A stretch of 44,828 nucleotides of DNA from Trichomonas gallinae (taxonomy: Eukaryota), in the NCBI GenBank assembly GCA_008369845.1, contig MRSU01003351.1, positions 1 through 44,828 of the forward strand. The letters are read 5' to 3'. The translations under genes and the position numbers were made by a program. Positions 1 through 10,200 of the stretch are shown one piece after another. Position 1 is the stretch's first letter; each line of letters opens with the position of its first letter. The notes under the pieces were generated by a model that was given only the letters and a program-made list of their open reading frames with translations, was not told where the DNA came from and ran no database searches.

Positions 1-265
1 ATGCTCTACAATGCACCAAGGCATACCAACGCGAAAAAAACGAAATCCGTTAAATATTCAGGGACTTTCCCTAAGCCCCCTTTTTTCCATTTTTGAGGCT
101 TAACGTACGGTGCACCCTGAATCATGATGTACATGTACAGCAATAGGTATGACAACTATATAAATCTAGATTTTAAAATGTGTCTTGTAAAAATTTACAT
201 GACATTTTCATAAAATTTTGACATTTTTAAAATAATTTACATGAATTTTTGCCACTTTACATAGC

Positions 266-1108
266 ATGAGTGACGAAATCTCCAGCGAGGCAGACATTCC
301 TTCTGAAACAGAAGAGAACGATCTTAACTCGTACCTCAAAAACAGCGACGCTAAAATGTCTGAGATCAGAGGAGACCAACCAGTAGATGATGTCGATAAA
401 TATCTTGACGGCTATTTTAAAAATGAGAAATGGAAGGGAAATGCACCAGTTCCGAATGTTGATGGATCCTCAGATGACCTTGATGAGGTTATTGAGTCAT
501 CAAAAACAGAAGAAAACTACAATTTTAGATTTGAAGAACCTGGAGCTGATAAAATAGAGACACATCCACGTAAAGTTAAAGGTGAGAGCCGCGAGGAAAT
601 TTCTGCACGTAAGAGAAAGAGATTGGAAAAGAAGGAAGAAAAAGATCAACAAAATGCTGAAATTGAGAAGCTTATTGAAGAAATAGATGAGAAATACCAC
701 CAAATATACATCAACAATGGAAATAAGTTAACAAATGAACAACTAACAGCCTACAACAATGAAATTGCTGATGTAATCGTGAAAGCACAAGGAGAGAGGT
801 TTAATTATGTTGAAGTCGCCAAAGATGGCGGCCTGGAGCGTTCTCTTAAGATCCTTGAAGAGAATATCGAAGAAGAAGAACTTCCAGATGATGAAGAGGA
901 AGAAAACGGAGAAGAAGACAAAGAACAAAAAGAAGGAGAAGAACATAAGGATGGTGAAGACAAGCCAAAGAGAAAGAAAATCCGCGGAAAGAATCATGGC
1001 GGAAGGAACAAAGAACGCCACGCTTTCTTTGCACGTAGAACTCGCGAGAATAGGAAGTTAAAGGAATCCGGAAATAGAGAAAACAGTTATTATACACATA
1101 GAAAATAA
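266..1108 (+). CDS. KRI1: KRI1-like 40S ribosome biogenesis protein (short/divergent, 280 aa)
   Basis: Motifs 'YLDGYFKNEKW', 'EENYNFRFEEP...IETHPR' and a K/R-rich helix match the KRI1 core. 'RFNYVEV...GL' resembles Kri1_C. In-frame TGA at 242-244 fixes the ATG at 266. Confidence 0.75.
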   Translation: MSDEISSEADIPSETEENDLNSYLKNSDAKMSEIRGDQPVDDVDKYLDGYFKNEKWKGNAPVPNVDGSSDDLDEVIESSKTEENYNFRFEEPGADKIETHPRKVKGESREEISARKRKRLEKKEEKDQQNAEIEKLIEEIDEKYHQIYINNGNKLTNEQLTAYNNEIADVIVKAQGERFNYVEVAKDGGLERSLKILEENIEEEELPDDEEEENGEEDKEQKEGEEHKDGEDKPKRKKIRGKNHGGRNKERHAFFARRTRENRKLKESGNRENSYYTHRK

Positions 1109-1480
1109 ATAATTTTATTAATAGAATTTTTATGTAACAAAACCGCCTTTGTTTGATTCTTCAGTAGCTACATATTTCTCACCTTGATAGTGAACACTAT
1201 AAAATGACTTCATCAAAAAACAAAAATAAATTTAATAACTAATAACAAATGTGATTGATAAATTCTTTATATATAGTGTCCAAAAAAAAAAACAATTTAC
1301 ACTCTATTTTATTCATAATATTATATATTAATTTATTATATGATTAAAATACAATCGAGAAACAATTTAATATTGATAAGATTGTTTTAAACAAAAAATA
1401 TACAAGACTGTCATTATTCGCCAACCATTCATGTAAATCGAATAATGAAATCAAATGATGACTTTTTGTCATGCATTTCA

Positions 1481-2008
1481 TCAAAATAAATCTCTGGTCA
1501 ATCTTACGATGAATGCACGATCAGCTCCTGAAAGGCCTATCGGTACCGTTCGGTTGACTTGCTTGATATTATCAGCTGCTCTAGTGAATACGTATACGTC
1601 GTTATGGCCATCTCTACCTCTTTCAATCACATAAACAAATCTCTCATTGATGGCATATTTCGTGGCTTCTATGTCGTTTTCTTTAACAATTCTTTGGCAA
1701 ATATTGTAGAAACTTTCAAAACCATAATCTGTTATCGGAATCCTCTTCAAATCTTCGATATTTCTGTTTACTGATTGTTTTTGTGCGTGTGATACAATAT
1801 TTGTTGTTTCTGCATCTGCGATATGGGTATTTGTTGTGCTTGTGTCTGAATATCAGGTTATGTTGCTGTTTTTTTTTTTTTTGATATCGGAAGAAAGTTT
1901 GTCAATTTTGGAAAATGAGATCTCAACCATAGATGCAATAGAATCTAGAAAGTCAAAGTGGAGGCATTGACCTAAACTTTTCAAATGGCATATACAGACT
2001 GTATTCAT
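1481..2008 (-). pseudogene. Probable pseudogene (trichomonad ankyrin-associated family N-terminus) broken by one in-frame TGA
   Basis: ORFs 1853..2038 and 1481..1750 share a frame and are separated only by TGA at 1853-1855. ATG at 2008. 'FESFYNICQRIVKENDIEATKYAI' resembles the helix that precedes ankyrin repeats in trichomonad families. The frame ends in TGA TGA. Confidence 0.55.
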
Positions 2009-2264
2009 GAATTTTGGCCGAAAAATACGTGATTTCAAAAATAAAACAATACAAGAGAATTCGCATTAAGGAAAAGTTCCCATTTCAAAGGCAATGGATC
2101 AAAAGCATAGCATACATGTTCCATTATCATTTAATCACAATATTAAAATCATTGTTGAGTTTTTGTAATTTCAGTTAATAATATAATAAATGCTTATAAT
2201 ATTTGATAAAATAAAACATTAAAGAAGATTATTTTTTAAATGGAAAATTCTCTATTTAAAGATT

Positions 2265-3866
2265 TCATTTTCCATGTAGCCTTGCGAGCTGTGCTGTGAC
2301 AGATATTGGTGCGCGTTTGTTCGTGCTTTGGATGTTATATTTTCCAATGTTTGAAAGTTTGTCGTCATGATACTTCGAAATAGTGCTTCGTAATGATTTG
2401 TTCTCTTCTTCAAGGACTTTGTTGAGATTTTGGATCTTTTCGATTGCTTCTGATTGTCCATTGATAACTTTGTCGTACTTCTGTAACTCAATGATTTGTT
2501 TCTCTAGTCCAGCAATTCTTGCATCTTTATTAATGTTCGATACTGAATTTTTAATTGTGTAGTCTTGTATCTGTCTTTCGAGTTCATTTATTTTTGCGTC
2601 TTTTGTCTTGAGAACATCAGAGATTTTAGCTGTGTTTTCTTGTAATTGTTTTTCCAATTTCGCGATTTTTGCTTCTTGTGTTTTTATTGAGTTTGAATTC
2701 TTTTCTTCGTTTTGCTGCAATAAATTCTCCAATTCAGCAATTTTATCGTCTTTATTTTTACTTGATTCATTTAACTGTTGAAGTTGCTTCTCCAATTCAG
2801 CAATTTTTGCTTCATTAGTTTGATTTATTTCCGAGCTCTTTTCTTCATTTTCCTGAAGTTGTTTTTCTAATTCGAAAATTCTTTGATCTTTTTCTTTAAT
2901 TGACTCGTTGTTGTCTTGAAGTTGACTTTCTAATTCTGAGATTTTGGCGTCTTGAGTTTTACCCGATTCGGTACTTTTCGCTTTTGTTTCTTGTAACAAT
3001 TTCTTGAGTTTGACTATTTTTGTTTGTTGAGTTTTGTTTTTATTTTCATTCTCTTGTAATTGTTTCTCTAATTCGTCAATTTTTGTTTGCTGAGCTTTAT
3101 TTGTTTCATTGCTTTTGTTTTCATTGTTTTGAAGTTGTTTTTCTAGTTCTGCAATTTTTGCTTCTTGAGCTTTATTAGATTCATTATACTTCTTATCATT
3201 TGTTTGTAATTGGTTTGATAATTCAGTGATTTTTGTTATATTTTCATCATTTTTCTTTTGCAACTTTTTCTCTAATTCCGCGATTTTTGCGTCTTTAGTC
3301 TTAATCGTGTTTGAATTATCATCTTTGGTTTCTTTTAGTTGATTTTCTAACTCAGCAATCTTTGTTTCGTGTGTTTTATTTAATTCAGTACTTTTATTTG
3401 TGTTTTCTTGTAATTGTTTCTCCAATTCAGCAATTTTTGCGTCTTTTGTTTGACTTAATTCAGTACTTTTATCTTTGGATTCTTGTAGTTGTTTTTCTAA
3501 ATCGGAAATTTTTGAATCTTTGTTTTTAATCGATTCATTACTTTTTTCTGCGTTTTCTTGTATTTGATTCTCTAAATCAGCAACTTTGGTATTGCTTTTC
3601 CTTAAATCCTCACGCAATTTAATATTTTGATCTCGAAATTCATAAAATTCGGCAATTTTTTCATCTGAAAATTCATTTCTGTAGCGTTCAAGCTGTGTTT
3701 CTATGATAGAAATCAACTCATTTTTTTCAGATATTTGTTTTTCATAATCTAATAATTTATTATCGCTTGATTCTTTGTTTTCGGAGTCCTTACTCTTAGT
3801 TTCGGTCTTTGTACTCTCATTCTCTTTGTTGCCGTCATCCAAATTCTGTTTCGAGTCGGCATGCAT
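2265..3866 (-). CDS. Coiled-coil repeat protein (533 aa)
   Basis: Long ORF rich in K/E/Q/N with a recurring K(D/E)AKIAELEKQLQE heptad motif. Confidence 0.85.
   Translation of the reverse strand: MHADSKQNLDDGNKENESTKTETKSKDSENKESSDNKLLDYEKQISEKNELISIIETQLERYRNEFSDEKIAEFYEFRDQNIKLREDLRKSNTKVADLENQIQENAEKSNESIKNKDSKISDLEKQLQESKDKSTELSQTKDAKIAELEKQLQENTNKSTELNKTHETKIAELENQLKETKDDNSNTIKTKDAKIAELEKKLQKKNDENITKITELSNQLQTNDKKYNESNKAQEAKIAELEKQLQNNENKSNETNKAQQTKIDELEKQLQENENKNKTQQTKIVKLKKLLQETKAKSTESGKTQDAKISELESQLQDNNESIKEKDQRIFELEKQLQENEEKSSEINQTNEAKIAELEKQLQQLNESSKNKDDKIAELENLLQQNEEKNSNSIKTQEAKIAKLEKQLQENTAKISDVLKTKDAKINELERQIQDYTIKNSVSNINKDARIAGLEKQIIELQKYDKVINGQSEAIEKIQNLNKVLEEENKSLRSTISKYHDDKLSNIGKYNIQSTNKRAPISVTAQLARLHGK
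2500..3590 (-). repeat. Coding degenerate tandem repeat, ~25 aa (~75 bp) unit, more than a dozen copies
   Basis: Repeated xKDAKIAELEKQLQE units in the protein and repeated 'aattcagcaatttttgc'-like strings in the DNA. Unit lengths vary (18-25 aa). Confidence 0.8.
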
Positions 3867-4237
3867 TTCCTTACACTAAATGTCAATTTTATTCAGAAAA
3901 AATATTTTGTCGTGTAATTATTTATTTTGTCATGTAAAGTTATTTATTTGACATATCAAGAATCTAAAATGATCACATTTATACGAAAATTCACAAACAA
4001 GAAATTCCAAACTATCTTTCAGGAGTTTATTTCTTATTTCCAGGAGTTGCATCTTTATTTAAACATATGATTTCATGAAAAAACAATTTTTATAAACTTG
4101 ATAACTAGACTAACTTGATAAACTTTCATATTACATTATTGCAATGAATTTAAAGATGAAAGGAGGCAAATATATGATTATATAATAAACAAACATAATA
4201 CAAAGATTTAAAAAACAAAAATAAGTTAATATTAAAA

Positions 4238-7200
4238 TCACCAGGAAGGAGGGATGAATTGCGTGTAGGAAACTTTTCCTGTTTTGTCAATGCTGACGAT
4301 TGACTCAGCGATCGGCGAATAAAAGAATCCTGCTAGTTCTATCTCCTGGTTCTGTGGCTTAATGTGTGAATATTTTTGCGTGAAATCGAGGTCGAAGACC
4401 TCTGCGATTTGTAATGAGCCGTTTTTGAGTGCGAAAGCAACATAATCGAATCCTCTCTTGCTGCTGAAAATCGTCCATCCAACAGCATCGAACTGTATTT
4501 GGACCGTTTTCACATGCATTCCATTGATTGTCCAGACTGTTATCATGTTCGCTTTCATTTCGTTATTTTCGTCTGCAACAGAATTCGTCGAAAGCAAAGC
4601 AACGATGAAACCCCATGTCTTCGTGATTCCAACTTTAATTGGAACACCTTCAACATCAATGACTCTTATTGTGATTCCATTCGTCAGAGAAATCACTGAC
4701 AAAGCTTTATCGCGTGTTCCAAAAATTGCGACTTTAAAAGTGTCAGAAACTGCCGCGCAAGTTATTCCGTCTCTGTAGCTTGTAGCAGTGAACTGGATTT
4801 TCTTAGGATGGTCAACATTATAAACATGGCAGGATCCTTCTCTGCCACAGGTCAAGAACCAGCCTGAACAAGAGCCAATCTTTGAAATGAAGTTGTGAGG
4901 TGATTCGACTTTCGTTGCCTTAGTTTGTTCAACGTCGATTAAATAAAGTGGCGGTGATTCTGTTTTAGACTGATATGTGAGAATGTACTTGGTTCCAACG
5001 CTCTTTATTATTGTTGACGGGTCTTGGAAAGAAGAAACTAATCTTGGAAGTTGAATTTCTTTCTTAGAGATTGTCACTAATTCAAAGTTTTCGCCTTCAA
5101 ATGTTTCTTTGAGACTTATAAATGTTCCATTGCTCATTACAAGAGTAATGATGCCTGGAGAGTAATGAGCATAGATTGGGCTGTCATCTACCATGAAAGG
5201 AACAAGCATAGGAACTTTCACTGGATTTGAAATCTTCTTCACAGGATGTGGAGCTTTGAATAACTGAGGCGGAATTTGTCCAATCATCTTCAAAAAGGCT
5301 TTGAGCTGTTTTTCGCCAAGTTGTTCGTTGTCATCCCAGCAGTCTTCGTAGAGAGAAGGAGGGAATGTGTTATATGCTTTTTCGGCTTTTTCGCCTTTCT
5401 GTTTGTCTCCCCAAATCAAATCTATCCATTCGTTGATGTGCTGGGAAACAAAATTACTTTCTAAAGCCTTTCTGTTGAGATATATGTATTCTAGAGGCGT
5501 GGACGCCCAAGGTGGAAGGCCAACATGATTCAGCTTTCCATTCTTTCTTGTTCCGAGATCGAAATTGTTCATGTTAATCAAAAATTCTGGCTGGAAGTAA
5601 AATTCTGGGATTAATTCTCTTGTATCTGTCGATCCATGCAAAAGAGAGTCGATTAAATCAGGAATGCTTGCCATTTGTCTGTCAGCTAAATCGAATTTGC
5701 CGCTTTGAAGATGAATGTGAAGTGATGTGAATGGCTCCATTCTCAGCAAAAATATGCAAATTGTCAGACGAGAAACTGGACCGGAAGAATACAAAAATGG
5801 TTTAGATTCGAATGCCAAATCTCTCTCGTGCATTTCTTCTATCAATCTCTGCAGTACTTCATCATCTAAAGCTCCAATTGGCTTCGATAAGTCTCTGTAT
5901 ATCGATTCGTCGCTGAAATTGAGTTTATTTGATTTGCTGTCTATAACAATTAAAGGGAAAATAGGATATTGCCCCTGCTCCAAGAAAGAACGGCCACTGT
6001 AGACATTCAATGACATCAGATACTCGAAGTTTGACATTTCGCCATTCACCCACTTTTCCGTTATTTTCAGGGACTGGAAGTAAGGCATGAACGGCATGTT
6101 TTGTATTGTCGCTGTTTTCGGAGAAATTTCTGCTATTTTCTGAAGAACAACTAAAGAAGAAGTGTTTTTGGGTATTTCTGGGAAATTGATGAAATAAGGA
6201 GTTCCACTATATGTAAATATTTCGATCGCAGTCTTCTTGTGGAACATTGTTCTCATGAATGCGTATTTTATGTCGTTCAAAGGAATGATTGTGATTTCGT
6301 AGTCAGCGAAAATGATTTCTATTGAATTCTGCTGTAAAGTGAAGATTCCTTTTTTGGTTGACTTCGGTTTGATGACTTTGCAAGGCGATGTAAACAAAAT
6401 GTGTCCAAGAGAATGTATCTGGAAAATGCTTCTTTCTATTCCTTGGTTGTATTTTATGTCCATGTCAGGGTCAATGTTTATGTCTTCTTCTTTTTGTTGA
6501 GTTTTAGGTGGAATAGAGATGTGTGCGCAGTCTCTTGCTGTCGATGCTGCCTGATGATCATCGAAGTGTTTGTTTAGTTTCAGTCTAACAGGACAAAAAG
6601 CAAAACATGCCGTATCATCTCTTCTCCATCTCAAAACACTTCTCGAGACCATAGATGACCAAGGGCCTCTCTCTGATGACATTTCTGACCATATCTGATT
6701 CCACTTAATCATTATCTGTCTGTTTTGTATAGCGATTTCGTTTCTCGCTAATGATATGATTTGTTCGTCTGACGGTTGAATAATAGCGTTTATGCAGCCT
6801 TCAGATACTTTCATTATTTCATTGAAAGCTTTCTTGACTTCGTTCAATGCATCATTAAGTGAAGGAGGAATGACAAATATTTTCTGCAATACTTCTTGCT
6901 CGATGTTTACCAATGGACAAGGTAGATAATTTTGCTCTATTAGTGAATTGACAAAAACAAAAATTGGATTCGATTTCGATATTTTTGTTGTAGATAGGAA
7001 ATTCGAAACTAACTGCGGTGAGCTGTGCTTAATCATCACGCACAAAAATAAAGCGTGATTGTAGTAAAGAGGCGATTTCCCGCTGATGACTTGTAAAATT
7101 AACTGTGACAAATTCTTATCCAACCATTTTCCTTCTGAATCGAATCTCATCGCAATGAAATGCTTCTCTTTCGTTAAGTCAATGTTCATGAAGACCTTGG

Positions 7201-10200
7201 AGAAAAGAACACCATGTAACTGGGGCTGTTTTGGTGGCGTGGAAGGAATAGAAATCTCTTTGAATTCATTGCAAAATGGTGAATTTTCTGCCAATGAAAG
7301 CAAAGCGTTTGAATACGGTTTCTGTCTGTAGAACAAGAATCCAAACACACTGTTCAAAAAGTGTATCATGTGTTCATCTGAAATATTTAAGTTCCCTTCT
7401 AATATCATTATGCATATTTCTTCGTAAAACAAATTTTTCAGTTGGTCGACATTTTCTGTCATAACTCTACTCATCAATTCTATTCCTAACAACAGTCTAA
7501 TGATTCCTCTTCCGCACATTTTGATGATATAAGAAACGGCTTTGACATCATCTTTCGGTTTCAATTTCGTGACGAATGTCAAAGGCCAGATGAACCATGT
7601 CGTACTTGCCATGATTTTGTCTCTTGGTTCTGTGCTCAATAGAACATTAACTGCTTTGCTTAAGTTCTCTTCTGATGAATGATTTGATGCGTACCAACAT
7701 AATATTGTCATCGCTTCTGGATTGTTTGGATAAAGGTTCAACATTGCTTCGAAGAAATTCGACGACAAAATTTGAACAGGCAAAGATAATATCGTTGAAT
7801 CAATGCAATTCATTAAGAACTGTGTTGGTAGAGCTTTAACTCTGAAGAGTGCCAAAATCACTCTAATAACAGCAATGGAAATATCTTCATTATTTCTTCC
7901 AATTAATTCAAGTAGTACAAAAATGTCTGATTTTTCGATGAAATTCGGTGACTTGCAAACTTCTATTTCGTTGATTAGCATTTCAGCTAGTAATAGTAAT
8001 GATTTAACTTGTAATGGATCTGATGTAATTAGTTGGCATGTTTCGAATATTGAAATTAAGTCACTTTTTGTAAATGACAGATTCGCGATGATTTTGACAG
8101 CATTGTAGATCTGTTTCCTGCATTCATCGACATTTAGATTGACATTTCTCAGCCTTTTGCTGCTCGGTGTGCCAATGCACATTCCAGCTGTTGGTTCATA
8201 CCAATAATAAATCGTCAGTAAATTCAGCATTTGTCGAAAATTTCTCTGCCTTAGTAAAAAAGTTGTTGAACGCGGGAATAAACTCGTGTGCCAGTGCATT
8301 AATATGTTCAAATGGTCATTCGGGTCAGATGTAAGCCATAAGTATGGATTAGCGAGAATGGCATCAAACAGATGTTCCTGTAATGAGCCTTGTGTAAAAG
8401 AAAGAAACATCGAAAAAAATTGCATGTAAAATTCGAAATTCAAGAAATGGGATGGATATTGGGAGATAAGATGTGCTATAAAGTTGAATTTCTTTGTTTC
8501 GCAGAAATTCCTTTGAACTGAATCATTTGTTAATAATGCTCTTGCGAAAATCGTCATTGTATCGCTTGGACCTTGTTTCCATGTCTGTCCATTATACAAT
8601 GGAACCTCAAAAACGCTGAAAAGTGGCAATAAAAGATCCATTTTCCACAATTTTGTCAAAGAGTAAGTAAATGATGATTTGTCTTGCAAGTTGTCGTTAT
8701 TTTGGCTCTGATTTGGTGTAAAACCGGCTAAACACTTGATTCCATTTGGAATTGGACTTAATGTTGTCGTTTTCAAGAGAGCTGCCTTTTGTCTTGTCTG
8801 TAGAACGCTTAATATTGATGTACCTATTTCCATGGAACCATCAAAGTCAGGAATAATTGTTCCAAATTGGACATGTATTGAACTTGGAATTTCTTTAATG
8901 TTAAACTTAGAATTGTCGATATGTTCGTTGCCATTTATGTTGTAGAGTATTTCTGTGACTTCATCTTTGTCTATGCTCACGTTTATGAAAATTTGCGTCC
9001 AAATATTTGGCGAAACTTGGCCTGGAATCGTTGAAATCCTTTCATTTGCGTTGTCTTTATATATAATCAATAAACTGTTTTCCTTCAAAACCAATCTGAA
9101 AGAAGAATCTTGATATTTCATCGAAAATATATTAACTTCAGATTTTGACATTTGCTGTATTAAAATCCATGTCATTATTGTGTATCCTTTAGTGAACAAA
9201 GAGTGAACATCGATTTTTTCGTCAAAATGATAACCTAAGCCTAGTTTTGCTGTGTAAGGACGTTTCCAATATGTAACTGAGATCAAATCCCATAATGTTT
9301 TGATGTATAACTCGTGATATTTGCTAAATTTGCCGTTAACAGGAGATAATAAAGAAATAAACTGTTTGACGACTAGTGGAGGAGATTCAATGACTGCAAT
9401 CTGCTTGAATAGGTTGAGAATGAGTTTTACTGATTCTAAATCGTCAATCTCAGGAATTACTGATAATAAATAAATATCTACTTCAGCTTTGCTCATTTGT
9501 ATGGCATTTTCTTGGTCAAATTTGATCATATCTGATGTAAACTTGATAACTTCGTTGAATCTCGAATGAATAAAAACTTTCAAGAAATATTTGAAAATCT
9601 TTGGAACTTTGAGGCTGAAAAACGGCAATGAATCTGCTTTGGGATCAACCTTCACGAATCTAACAAACAAATCGAAAACAGACTCGGGTGGATTTGATCC
9701 GTAAATTGCTTTGACTGCGTTTGAAAGATTTGCAAGCAGAGCTGTTGGAATTTCTATGCTTTCAGATATCTCTATCAAAAACATAATGATTGTGTTAAAC
9801 AAGTCTTTGTGCGAATCTAATGATTCGATTTTCTCCAGAATCTCATTAATTCTGTTTAAAACTGATGTAAAGCTATCTATTATCTTTGGGTTCTTCCTGT
9901 ACTCTTCAATTAAGAAATTTATCAAGTCTTTGATCAAAATAATATTATTTTCTTCAGAGAGTTTCACGATTGCGTTCGCGAATATTAATTCGAAGTTCAT
10001 TATGACAGATTTAATTATTTCAAGGGTTGAATTCTGAAAAGCCTTCGAAAAAAGACTCAATGCGAAAGATCTCAGCGGAATTTCAAGTAACATGAATAAA
10101 ATCGACGTCTGGAGCTGCTGTGAGGACGAAAGAAGCTGCGCCTGGTCCGAAAACAACACTTTGCACGTTTCCGTATTTTCGATTAAAAATGTTAAAACAT

